Positions 24,229-33,020 of a stretch of DNA of 34,321 nucleotides are shown in pieces. Under the pieces are notes generated by a model that was not told the origin of the DNA, searched no databases, and saw only the letters and a program-made list of their open reading frames with translations. Origin of the DNA: a virus (Duplodnaviria > Caudoviricetes). How positions within the stretch are numbered: the stretch's first letter is position 1; the number at the start of each line of letters is the position of its first letter. The position numbers were made by a program, and so were the translations under genes. The stretch spans positions 1 through 34,321 of the IMG/VR virus record IMGVR_UViG_3300020573_000024. The stretch is one strand, 5' to 3'.

Positions 24229-24433
24229 CCGGAGTCTGTCCGACAGACTCCGAATGAGTCTGTCTGATTTCCATTTTGCGCACTTGACCCACGCATTTCT
24301 GCGGGTTACAGGCCGCACTTCTTCCCCGGTCGTCTAACGGTAAGACTGCCGCCACCTTCTATATTTCAATTACTTAGGTTGCAAAACTTGTCGCCATTTG
24401 CGCTTGTTTGCTGGCAAAGTCTGTCTGGTTTCG
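24229..24433. mobile_element. attP: core is the 5' end of a tRNA (Gln-like), with arm-type repeats and an IHF-like site
   Basis: TCCCCGG TC GTCT AACGGTA AGAC TGC (24323-24349) is an acceptor 5' strand plus D-arm only. GAGTCTGTC-type repeats at 24231, 24242 (inverted), 24256 and 24418. TTTCAATTACTTA at 24364 is IHF-like. The site lies between the convergent int and lysis operons. Confidence 0.75.
24284..24322 (+). promoter_or_regulatory. Stable-RNA-type promoter in front of the tRNA fragment
   Basis: TTGACC-17nt-TACAGG, GC-rich discriminator CCGCAC, tRNA +1 at 24323. Confidence 0.55.
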
Positions 24434-24439
24434 CCATGC

Positions 24440-24467
24440 AAAACGGCGACGCATTGCTACGTCGCCG
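24440..24467 (-). terminator. Rho-independent terminator of the late/lysis operon
   Basis: CGGCGACG-TAGCAATG-CGTCGCCG-TTTT on the minus strand. Confidence 0.6.
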
Positions 24468-24603
24468 CTCGGTTGACCACAGAATTTGTGTCCTGAGTCT
24501 AAAGGGGTGTTAGGTTGTGGATTTCACAATAGGGCCAAGCCTTTCATTTTAGGCGCTGTAAGGGGCCGCAGCGCGCTTCGGCCACTTACGGTCCCGCGCT
24601 GCC

Positions 24604-24888
24604 CTATTGGGGCTGCACGGCCCCGCAAATCGCGTTGTGGCGGGCATTATGCGCCTGTATTTCGGCCACCGTCATGTCGCTGTCCGCTTTATTACCTAAA
24701 TCGATTTGTTGATCGGCGGGCAATGCGCGCTGCGCTGGCGTCAATTGCGCATAGCTAATCCTGCTATACGCCGCGCAACTCACGTCGCTAACAGTTTTCG
24801 GGGGTTCTGGAGTCGCGCACGCAATCGGTATGGCGCACAACAGGATCGCGCCGAACCTCAGCAGCAGCTTCATTGGCATATTTGACAT
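24604..24888 (-). CDS. o-spanin (Rz1-like lipoprotein)
   Basis: Signal peptide and lipobox ..MKLLLRFGAILLCAIPIAC; AEIQAHNA..IC ending; overlaps the 3' end of the i-spanin in another frame. Confidence 0.75.
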   Translation of the reverse strand: MSNMPMKLLLRFGAILLCAIPIACATPEPPKTVSDVSCAAYSRISYAQLTPAQRALPADQQIDLGNKADSDMTVAEIQAHNARHNAICGAVQPQ

Positions 24889-25072
24889 TTGACATTCCTT
24901 CCTCTGCAACAATGGCGCGCACATTGGCCGCGCCGGTTTTTTCGGCCGACTGAAAAGCGACATCAATGAAATGGTTGATCGTGGCGACCGCGATGCCGAC
25001 CAAAGCCAGGGCCGTCAAAACGACGCCTAGCTTCGCCAACATATTCAACCCTTTGAACCATGCAATTATCAT
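24788..25072 (-). CDS. i-spanin (Rz-like)
   Basis: N-terminal TM, helical periplasmic domain, C-terminal Cys pair. Confidence 0.7.
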   Translation of the reverse strand: MIIAWFKGLNMLAKLGVVLTALALVGIAVATINHFIDVAFQSAEKTGAANVRAIVAEEGMSNVKYANEAAAEVRRDPVVRHTDCVRDSRTPENC

Positions 25073-25311
25073 GACACGGGCGTGATGCCATAAGCTTCAA
25101 GAATTTTTTCCTTAAAAAACGCGTCCGTCGCATTGGCGGGACCGTCGATAAAGATATTCCCGCTACGCGTTCCGTTTTCATCAATGGCGGTATGCCGTAC
25201 CGCCCATGTGCCGGGCGCGTCTTGCGCCAACTCTTGTTCAAATATTTCTGCGCCGTCTTCAATGACGGGCGGGACGGCTTCAAATTGCTTTCTTTCGATT
25301 ATAATTTCCAT
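25069..25311 (-). CDS. Acidic hypothetical protein (80 aa)
   Basis: AAGGA SD; coupled to the i-spanin. Confidence 0.65.
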   Translation of the reverse strand: MEIIIERKQFEAVPPVIEDGAEIFEQELAQDAPGTWAVRHTAIDENGTRSGNIFIDGPANATDAFFKEKILEAYGITPVS

Positions 25312-25321
25312 GTTGTTATCC

Positions 25322-26677
25322 TTAGTTAAAAGCTGCGTGGCCTTGGGCCGTGAAGCGGACGCTACCAGCGGCAGACAATGCCACGTTCAATGCGGTATTT
25401 GCCGTCGCAATAAGTCGGTCCAATTCGAATACCTCATCAACCGACTGACCTACCGCCAGCGGAACACGATAGCGTTCGGTCGCACCATCCAGAATGATGA
25501 AATCAAGAGCAATTCCTGTGTTCGTCATTCTGCATTTTGTCAGATTGTTTTTTAAGTTGGCCCCTGCTGCCAACACCGCAGCAATAGGTGTCGCGCTTGT
25601 GATATTCAAATTCGCATTCCACATTTGCTCGGGCAAGCCACCTTGCTTCGTAAGCAATTGGCCCGCGGTCGTCATGGTATGATCAACGCCGTCACCTGCA
25701 ACAAAAGTTGTTGGCGGCGATGTGCGCGCGCGGCCACCAGCGCGCACCGCGTTTCCAGACACCGCAGCATCTTCGGCGCTTGCGCCTGCAACATTTGCCG
25801 TGACCGTTGGCGTTCCAACAATAGTTGCACCAATCGAACCTGCGCCGCTGACATTACCATTTCCACCAACAATTTCTGCGGCCAAGGGTGCCCAGCTTTG
25901 AAGGCGGATAAAGTGCAGCCTATAATCGGTAGCCGACGCAGGGGCCGTGCTTAAATTATGTGCGCGTATCTGAAGGCGATAAAATGCCCTTGGGGCCGGC
26001 GCGCTTTGCGTTACGCGGCGCGGGGTCGTTGCCACAGAGGTAGAATCGATTGCGCTCGAGTTTAACTGCACATAATCGCCACCAACCAACATCTCGAGCA
26101 TATTTGCCGGTGTAAAGTTTGGCGACGTGCCACCCGCTAATGTAGTTGTGATCGTTGACGCCGCAGGCACAAATTCCGGCGCACCGCCGCCACGCACAAC
26201 AACCAGTGCGCTTGTCGCTGACGTGCCATCAAATTTGATCGCCGCGTAATCAGGCGACGTGCCCGCGTTTGTCTGGTTGGCCGCGCTTGTGATAGGAACA
26301 CCCGCCGCATCGCACTCAATAAATTCGACAAAGAACTCGCTGTTGGCAATGCGTTGCGATGCCGTAACGCTACAGCTTGACCTCATGGGAAGTTGAAACA
26401 CGTCACGGCTGCGGATAATCGTTTCGCTGTCTACATCAACGCCAGAGTTGATATTCAGATAGCTTGTCGTGCCGCCGGGAAAGCTGATCGCCATGCCGGG
26501 GCCAGTGGCAATCAGTTCCCATTTATCGGGGTCCAACGCCGCGCCGGCAAAATCATCGCGAAATTGAATTTTTATATTCTCGGAAATGTGGTGGGGCGTA
26601 TGCACATCGCCATTTGCGGTCGTGCGCATATATAGCGGGGAGCGGTGGTCATCGTGCGTAAGGATATTGTCGAGCAT
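25322..26677 (-). CDS. Beta-rich virion-accessory-like protein inside the lysis cluster
   Basis: ~451 aa, Thr/Ala/Gly-rich; FRDDFAGAALDPDKW is a lectin/beta-sandwich-type opening. Function is inferred. Confidence 0.6.
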   Translation of the reverse strand: MLDNILTHDDHRSPLYMRTTANGDVHTPHHISENIKIQFRDDFAGAALDPDKWELIATGPGMAISFPGGTTSYLNINSGVDVDSETIIRSRDVFQLPMRSSCSVTASQRIANSEFFVEFIECDAAGVPITSAANQTNAGTSPDYAAIKFDGTSATSALVVVRGGGAPEFVPAASTITTTLAGGTSPNFTPANMLEMLVGGDYVQLNSSAIDSTSVATTPRRVTQSAPAPRAFYRLQIRAHNLSTAPASATDYRLHFIRLQSWAPLAAEIVGGNGNVSGAGSIGATIVGTPTVTANVAGASAEDAAVSGNAVRAGGRARTSPPTTFVAGDGVDHTMTTAGQLLTKQGGLPEQMWNANLNITSATPIAAVLAAGANLKNNLTKCRMTNTGIALDFIILDGATERYRVPLAVGQSVDEVFELDRLIATANTALNVALSAAGSVRFTAQGHAAFN

Positions 26678-26747
26678 GAATAGGCCTTTCAAAAAAGTAG
26701 CGGCACAAGACCGGTGTTAAAGGGAATGTTTTTATCACGGCGCGGCA

Positions 26748-26960
26748 TCATGGAATGTCCGCCGCATCAAGACGCGCGATCAACGCGTCAATTTGTTCTT
26801 GCTTGGCATTCAACCCATCGTTCAACCCGCCGCTGGCAGCCGAAAGCGATTCCTCGGCGGTTGCCGCATTGCTGGCCGCAAGCATTTGGCGCGCATGTCC
26901 GGCTTGCTGAATGGCCGCAATCTGTTCGGGGCGAAGGGCGGGGGGTTGGCTGGCCATCAA
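26748..26960 (-). CDS. Small coiled-coil protein (70 aa)
   Basis: Coupled to the holin stop; ends IDALIARLDAADIP. Confidence 0.55.
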   Translation of the reverse strand: MMASQPPALRPEQIAAIQQAGHARQMLAASNAATAEESLSAASGGLNDGLNAKQEQIDALIARLDAADIP

Positions 26961-27268
26961 CTTTCCCCTTGCTCGGCGGCAAGGCGGCGTTTCTCCGCCT
27001 CTGCATCCTGTTCAACTTCACTGGCTTTGCCGCTGGCCACATTGTCCGTCATGTTGGAAATGACCGCGTTTTTGTCTTGGCTCGATTTTGATGTGCCGAA
27101 ATAAAAAACAAGCGCCGTCGTCACCATGCCGGACAACTGCCCCAGCATATAAATTATCATGTCGCGATTGGTTTCGGGAACCTGCCATTTGAAAAGCGCC
27201 GCCAGCGCGAGCTGAAACGACAGCAACAGCACAATGGCCAATGTTGCGCGCATCAATTCGGTTTTCAT
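26957..27268 (-). CDS. Holin-like two-TM protein
   Basis: Two TMs, FYFGTSKSSQDKN motif and charged C-terminus; directly after the endolysin. Confidence 0.75.
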   Translation of the reverse strand: MKTELMRATLAIVLLLSFQLALAALFKWQVPETNRDMIIYMLGQLSGMVTTALVFYFGTSKSSQDKNAVISNMTDNVASGKASEVEQDAEAEKRRLAAEQGES

Positions 27269-27903
27269 GCCTCACTCACCCCTGTTGTGCCGCGCGGCAT
27301 GACCGGCAGCTTGATGTTCAACAACGGGTGCGACGACGGCCAACGGATTGCCGTCACTTCACTGACAAGTATGTCGATGATCGACACCATATTGCCCTGA
27401 TTTCCGCCCAGGCACTTATAATATGCGCCATCTTTGGTGATGCCGACGATCAGGAACACATGATTGCCGCCGACGCGCTTTTTGACACCCACGGCACCGA
27501 CTTGCGGCGGGCATGCCTTGCCCCATGTTGCCCAGCTAATAGCGCGCGGCGCGTCTTTTGGTGGCACTATGCCGCACTTGACCATGCAATAGGCAATGAA
27601 CCCGCCACACCACGGCGTTTCATCATCTTTGAACCATGACGCCTTTGCCGCTGCCCAATATTCAAGGATTTTGGGATTATGCTTTGGCCCCGGAATTTCT
27701 TTCAGGCCCAATTGCGACCGCGCAATGTTCACCCATGGCACATCGCTAACGTGCGGCACGCTCGCCGTTTGCGGCTTCAACGTGCCATCTGGCTTTAATC
27801 CGGCTTCCAGCGCCGCCATAATATCATTGTACAGGTCGGCAGGAATTGACCCGCGACGCACGCGCAACGCCTTGACGAACGCGCCGTGGTTGAATGCGTT
27901 CAT
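27265..27903 (-). CDS. Endolysin, TIGR02594 / NlpC-P60-like peptidase
   Basis: PWVNIARSQLGLKEIPGPKHNPKI, DDETPWCGGF, GNHVFL, LGGNQGN. Confidence 0.88.
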   Translation of the reverse strand: MNAFNHGAFVKALRVRRGSIPADLYNDIMAALEAGLKPDGTLKPQTASVPHVSDVPWVNIARSQLGLKEIPGPKHNPKILEYWAAAKASWFKDDETPWCGGFIAYCMVKCGIVPPKDAPRAISWATWGKACPPQVGAVGVKKRVGGNHVFLIVGITKDGAYYKCLGGNQGNMVSIIDILVSEVTAIRWPSSHPLLNIKLPVMPRGTTGVSEA

Positions 27904-28271
27904 TGCACTGTCTCCTGTGAGGCTCGGCGGCGGCGGCGTGGCACGGGCTGGCGCTTGCCGTCGATCTGGTCGAGCAATTCAAGCCAGCTTTGCGGGATCG
28001 GCTCTTCAAGGCTCCATGTCGCGCGCAATGTGCGCGCAAGCGGCGCAACCGAAGGGTTTTTGGGCGGCACGCCATTGGTGCACAACTCAAAACATATTTC
28101 TGTCGTCAGACGCATCCGCTCTTGGTCACGACCGCGATGCTGCTTGCAGTCATTAACGTCACGTTGCAGCGTTTCAAATTTCCGCCAAAGGAAAGCGACG
28201 CCAGCGCCAACCGGCGTAAGCGCGCCGACTGCGGCGGATATGATCATGCCAAGGTCGCTCATTGGCAGCAC
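27900..28271 (-). CDS. Single-TM lysis-region protein
   Basis: N-terminal TM plus coiled coil; coupled to the endolysin. Confidence 0.6.
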   Translation of the reverse strand: MLPMSDLGMIISAAVGALTPVGAGVAFLWRKFETLQRDVNDCKQHRGRDQERMRLTTEICFELCTNGVPPKNPSVAPLARTLRATWSLEEPIPQSWLELLDQIDGKRQPVPRRRRRASQETVQ

Positions 28272-28314
28272 CGGTGCAAAAGCGTTTCAATCCGCATGAG
28301 GCGCTCCCCTTGCG

Positions 28315-30261
28315 TCATGCTTTAAACACGCGAACCCGCAGCGTTCCGCTTGCAAGGTCAACCGTGCCGCCCGACTTGTTCTCAATTTCGATCCGCACAT
28401 TATTTGCCGAAATAACCGTGGCGATGATGTTAAGGCCCGCTTGCATTGTCGATAGGGATGCCTGGGCAAAGTCACCAACCACCGCGCCCGTCACCGTGAC
28501 GTTTACAGTGTCCACCGCGCCGTTTGCGAGTGATGTCACGTCATAAACTTGCGAGTAAATCAGCGGCGCATCATTCTTTATGATATTTGCCGCGCCTGTT
28601 CCTGTGTAGTTTACAAAGCGAGACAAGTTGTCGTTTGCATGATCCCGGTTATTTTCAACAATGATGTCGCTGATATTTGCCGTTGCTACCGCAAACGACT
28701 TCATGCTGTTGCGTGAGAATACAAACCCGCTGGCAAACTCCACAATGTCAACTTCAAGCGCGTAGTTTCCTTCAAAGCGGAAATTGCTGCACCGAAATGA
28801 TAGGTTTGCATTACTGCCATTCTGCACAAAACATTTAGGCGATACCTCAAAATAGTTGTTTAATACTGAAACGGAGCGATTAAGTATAAACGAATAAATA
28901 TCACAACCCGCATAGTTGCCTTGGATTGCGTTGTTTTCTATCATTATACCGCCGCAAATCCAAAGCGTGATACCGATTGCATTGCGTTCAATGATGTTCC
29001 CAGTAATCGAAAGCGTCGTAACCGCTTGACCTACCTCAATGCCAATCTGGTTGCCCGTAATGTGGTTATTGCGGATTGTCGCGCCATATCCCAGCTTTGT
29101 GCGGATCGGTGTGTAGAACTTCGTGAGGCGGCAACGCTCGATTACACAACCCCCTTCCATCTCCCATTCAATCCCGTATTGCGTTGAGTTAGAGCCAGAA
29201 AACCCATTGCCTGGAATCGTGGTAAAGTTGCCATATGTGATCGCGGGATTGTTTACCGTGCCTAGCGCCGTGCTGCCCGTTCCGTTGCCCGAATATGTCA
29301 GGTCAAACAGGTGAAGCGTTTGCCCATAACCGTTTGACGCAGGAGCCGTGCGTCCACCCTTCAAGCCCGTTCCCGCGCCTGTGTATTTAAGCGTGGTGCG
29401 ATCCATGCCATCGCCAAAGATGGTGATATTTGGAGCCGTAAACGCAGAGCCACCAGTATTGAGAACACCAAAGTCAATCGCAGTTGAAAACGTATATTCA
29501 CCCGCGCCAAGCATGATGGGCCGTCCAGTGCGAAACGCAGCCACCATTGCCGTGTAATTGTTCGCTACGCCAGTGCCGCCGCCGAATTGCTCCAGCGTTA
29601 CAGGCATCCGGCGCATGGCTGTTTGCATTGTTTCTGCAACAGCACCCGTCCCCGCTTGCAGGAACCCCATAAGCCCAGAGCCACCAGATGCCGCAATGTC
29701 TGTGCGCAATGCGGAATCAACACCAATGCCGCTTGCAGGCACCATCTTGCCAGTTGCGTCACCCGCAAAGAATTTCCCGGCAAATGCTTCCCGCAAAAAC
29801 CGACGGAACTTACCGCCGCGATATTCCAATATGTCGCCTTCAATCAGGCCAGCAATGTCGAGACTTGGGGCGGTTGCGCCTTCATCAACCGACACCGCCC
29901 GTGCCGTTAAATCGGCCTGTTCGCCCTCAATATCCTGAATCGCCATGACGTTGCGGTCGAGCGTGGCTTCAAGCCCTTCGGCGGACAAGGCGGCACCGGC
30001 TTGCGCGTCATATTGTTGGCTGGCTGGCGTTTTGCGCTTGTAACGCACCGTCGCGCCATTGGCCCAAAAGGGCGACAATGGCGTCATGACAGGGTTGGAA
30101 AGCGGGCCGGTGATCGTATAATGCGTGTTCAACGCCTGCAACGCGCCATTGACCTTGACGATCAAATCAGCCGCAGATTGCAGCGGAAAGCCAATATTGC
30201 GCGGCGTGGCCAAGCCATCGGCCACATAGGCAGACCTGCTAACAACGGCTGTCTTGGTCAT
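28315..30261 (-). CDS. Tail spike/fibre with T7-type anchor and pectate-lyase-like beta-helix
   Basis: N-terminal YVADG..GFPL..DLIVKVNG..YTITG..RKTP..LDRNVMAIQD anchor; IFGDGMDRTTL; repeated IxNNxI beta-helix rungs; probable start MTKTA at 30261. Confidence 0.85.
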   Translation of the reverse strand: MTKTAVVSRSAYVADGLATPRNIGFPLQSAADLIVKVNGALQALNTHYTITGPLSNPVMTPLSPFWANGATVRYKRKTPASQQYDAQAGAALSAEGLEATLDRNVMAIQDIEGEQADLTARAVSVDEGATAPSLDIAGLIEGDILEYRGGKFRRFLREAFAGKFFAGDATGKMVPASGIGVDSALRTDIAASGGSGLMGFLQAGTGAVAETMQTAMRRMPVTLEQFGGGTGVANNYTAMVAAFRTGRPIMLGAGEYTFSTAIDFGVLNTGGSAFTAPNITIFGDGMDRTTLKYTGAGTGLKGGRTAPASNGYGQTLHLFDLTYSGNGTGSTALGTVNNPAITYGNFTTIPGNGFSGSNSTQYGIEWEMEGGCVIERCRLTKFYTPIRTKLGYGATIRNNHITGNQIGIEVGQAVTTLSITGNIIERNAIGITLWICGGIMIENNAIQGNYAGCDIYSFILNRSVSVLNNYFEVSPKCFVQNGSNANLSFRCSNFRFEGNYALEVDIVEFASGFVFSRNSMKSFAVATANISDIIVENNRDHANDNLSRFVNYTGTGAANIIKNDAPLIYSQVYDVTSLANGAVDTVNVTVTGAVVGDFAQASLSTMQAGLNIIATVISANNVRIEIENKSGGTVDLASGTLRVRVFKA

Positions 30262-30304
30262 CGCACACTTTCCCAAATGGTCAAAGCGGCGGGCGGCGAT
30301 GTCG

Positions 30305-30336
30305 TATGTAATTCAGGTTATTCTATTTGGCAATAA
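30305..30336 (-). promoter_or_regulatory. Internal promoter for the tail spike/lysis genes with an operator-like site
   Basis: Minus strand TTGCCA-17nt-TACATA; TTGCCA-AAT-AGAATA at 30319-30333. Confidence 0.55.
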
Positions 30337-32760
30337 TTATTCCTGCACCTCGGCAAAGGCATTGGCAAAATCTGGCGCGCGCATTCCGCTCAGCCCCGCA
30401 CCAGGTGGCGCATAATAAGCCGTGCCTTCCTTCTCGGCGCGCTGTTCCTGCTGTGCATAAGCGCCCGCTATATCTTCATCGCTCCATTCACGGATCATGT
30501 CGGCAAAGCCGCGCTCATAAGCAAGCCGCGTGTACCACAGGTTCCTACCGGGGATTTCGTTAAGCAACAGCTTCGCCGAATCCTTGGCCAGTGTCGTGTC
30601 GGTTTCAGGATCGCCATCGAACGCAGCGACCGCGCTATTGGCCGGAATGGCAAGCGCGTTGCCCAATGTCTGGCCAAGCACCGGCCCCAACAGCGTCTTG
30701 GCCACACCGCCGCCGAAACTGTTTTCCGAATTATAGATCAAATCGCCGAACAGCCCGAGGCCGCCCGATTGTATCAACGCGCGACCGGCAAATCGCGGGT
30801 CTTCCATCGGCTGCGGGTCTTTACCCGCCGCCACCTGTTTCAGCTGCACCGATATCGCGCCGCCAACCGTCATCATGCCCAGCAAGGTCAGGCCATATTT
30901 TGCCTTGTTGTGGATCCCGCCCTGTTCGAGCATCCGCCGCCCGTGCAACGAAAGCACCGCCAGCGGGAAGCCCTTGAACAGCAACGACGACCGCATGATT
31001 TCGCCAAGCCACGTCCCTGCCTTTGGCATCCCCGCCATCATCGCCCGCGTGCGCGCATCGGGCATGATAATCGCATAATCGGTTTCGGTCAGGATCATTT
31101 GCAGGAATCGCTCGCCAAGCCGCTTGTCGGCAATCTCGGTCGGCAACAGCCATTCGGCTCCGCGTTCCTCGATCGTGTCACTGGCACGGTAATTGTCCCA
31201 ATCCTGCCGGCCTAATTGGTGGCGCTCCATCATCGCGCGCGTCGCCGGGTCGATATCGTCCCAGCCCTTCGCTTTGTTGTGCGTCAGCCAGCTGATCGTT
31301 TCCATGCCGAACGCCCACTGGCCATTGCGCGTGTGACGGCCCAGCCCTTGCGCACGAATGACAAAATCGGACATGCGGCGCGCAATCTCGCCGGTCAATT
31401 CCTCGCCATTGTAGCGATAGGATGCCGACGTAAGCGTCAACCAATCCTGTGTTATCAGGCCCGCCCGCACCGCAAGCGCGCGATCTTCCTGCGCGCCGGT
31501 CCACAATTTGGCATAGCGTCCGACCATTTTCATGGCGGGAATACCGTTAAAATTGGCGGTTTTCATCATCGTTGCCATATCGGGCACGGCCGACAATATC
31601 GCGCTGCCAAGCTTCGCCGCGACTTGCTGCGCACGAAACGCGCTAAACGCCAGCGCCAAGCGCCGGTTTTCAACCATGTGATTGTTGCCGCTGATAACGT
31701 CGTACATGCGCCCAAGCTTGCCATCGACGCTACCCAAATTGTCGATGTCCGACTGACTGCCTTTCAACTTGATCGACTTCTCCATCCAATCTTTCATAAA
31801 ACGCAGCGTCGCCGTGGGGTTTGGCCCCATTTCTTCCATCAACGCTATGTCGCGCACCATGCTTTCGACATGCCCGACAAAGATATCGTAAATGTTATCC
31901 GCCCCGCCAAAGCGCCCCTGATATTCCAGCCAGTCGTCGGGATTGTCGAAGTGGATCAGGCGCGGATCACTGCGGCGCGATGCCAGCGACCCGGCAAACA
32001 TTTGCCCCGGCTTTGCCTTGCTTGCCCCATCGGCACGGATATTTTCATACATGCGGCGCAAGATATCGAGTCGCTTCATGCCGCTGGCTGGCTCTCCGGT
32101 TTCAAGGTCGATCAGGCGCGCCCGCGATATCGGTCCAAAATCGGCCCATTCTTCAAACGACACCGCGCGCACAAGCGCTTGGTCGTGGCGTTGCGGGAAC
32201 ACAAATTGTTCCAACTTGCCGATTCGCCCGCCCGCCTGATTGAACCGCTGGCGCAACATTTCCATGACATCACCCATCGCCTGCGAAAATTCGCGCGCGT
32301 TTACGTTGCCGGTGGATTGCCCAAACCGCTCGCGCAGCACATCGGCAAGGTCGCTTTTGTCGCGTATCTGCCCCAGCAAATTGCGCCGATGCTTAGCGAG
32401 GAATTCATCAAGGCTGGCAAAGGCCGAACCGCGCACCGTGTCGATTTTCTTGTCGATCTGCGCCACATAGTCGATCGCCGTTGCCAGCTTGAACGGACCG
32501 TCGCCTGCATCTGCCGTCATCCGGCCAAGCCATTCACCTTGCACTTTTCTTTGCTTAAGCTGCGCATTTTGCTTCGCAATCACATCCGACTCCAGATTGG
32601 AAACGATAATCCGCGTCGCCTCTGCCTCTGCGGCCGCACGGCCAAGCCGAGGCTCATAGCCGCGCACCATTTCGTCATAACGCGCACGGATTTGCTCGGC
32701 GCGATCGGCGGGGATTTTGCCTTGCGCGATCAGGTCAGGGATGCAGGTGCCGAGTGCCAT
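30337..32760 (-). CDS. Large internal virion (ejection) protein
   Basis: 807 aa, helical; FPQRHD, RLIHFDNPDDWLEYQGRFG, GGLGLFGDL and PGRNLWYTR motifs seen in BPP-1/epsilon15-like core proteins; precedes the tail spike. Confidence 0.75.
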   Translation of the reverse strand: MALGTCIPDLIAQGKIPADRAEQIRARYDEMVRGYEPRLGRAAAEAEATRIIVSNLESDVIAKQNAQLKQRKVQGEWLGRMTADAGDGPFKLATAIDYVAQIDKKIDTVRGSAFASLDEFLAKHRRNLLGQIRDKSDLADVLRERFGQSTGNVNAREFSQAMGDVMEMLRQRFNQAGGRIGKLEQFVFPQRHDQALVRAVSFEEWADFGPISRARLIDLETGEPASGMKRLDILRRMYENIRADGASKAKPGQMFAGSLASRRSDPRLIHFDNPDDWLEYQGRFGGADNIYDIFVGHVESMVRDIALMEEMGPNPTATLRFMKDWMEKSIKLKGSQSDIDNLGSVDGKLGRMYDVISGNNHMVENRRLALAFSAFRAQQVAAKLGSAILSAVPDMATMMKTANFNGIPAMKMVGRYAKLWTGAQEDRALAVRAGLITQDWLTLTSASYRYNGEELTGEIARRMSDFVIRAQGLGRHTRNGQWAFGMETISWLTHNKAKGWDDIDPATRAMMERHQLGRQDWDNYRASDTIEERGAEWLLPTEIADKRLGERFLQMILTETDYAIIMPDARTRAMMAGMPKAGTWLGEIMRSSLLFKGFPLAVLSLHGRRMLEQGGIHNKAKYGLTLLGMMTVGGAISVQLKQVAAGKDPQPMEDPRFAGRALIQSGGLGLFGDLIYNSENSFGGGVAKTLLGPVLGQTLGNALAIPANSAVAAFDGDPETDTTLAKDSAKLLLNEIPGRNLWYTRLAYERGFADMIREWSDEDIAGAYAQQEQRAEKEGTAYYAPPGAGLSGMRAPDFANAFAEVQE

Positions 32761-33020
32761 TATTCAGATGCTCCCATGCGCAATGCGCCTTCGACATAGC
32801 ATTGATGTGCGACCGTCGAAAGCATTTGCCGGAATCGCGTTTGAAGCCCGATATCTGGCACCGCCGAATTATACGCTTCTCCAAGGCCATCAAGCAACCG
32901 TTGCACGCCTTGATCTGCCATCCACTTATCAGCCAATTCGTCGAGGCGGTCCATTTCGGCGGGGTCGAAGCCCTCTGCGAATTCAGCATTGTCATAGAGC
33001 TTGCGAAGCGGAGGACTCAT
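32760..33020 (-). CDS. Hypothetical protein (86 aa)
   Basis: Coupled on both sides between two internal virion genes. Confidence 0.55.
   Translation of the reverse strand: MSPPLRKLYDNAEFAEGFDPAEMDRLDELADKWMADQGVQRLLDGLGEAYNSAVPDIGLQTRFRQMLSTVAHQCYVEGALRMGASE

Noticed and set aside
24323-24400. Complete tRNA gene at the att site
   Set aside because: Only the acceptor 5' strand and D-arm are present; no anticodon stem, T-arm or 3' acceptor strand.
28315-30261. BPP-1-type diversity-generating retroelement
   Set aside because: No reverse transcriptase and no adenine-mismatched TR/VR pair seen in the window; the part of the genome outside the window cannot be assessed.
31216-32799. 527-aa plus-strand ORF
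   Set aside because: Antisense shadow of the 807-aa internal virion gene; no motifs.
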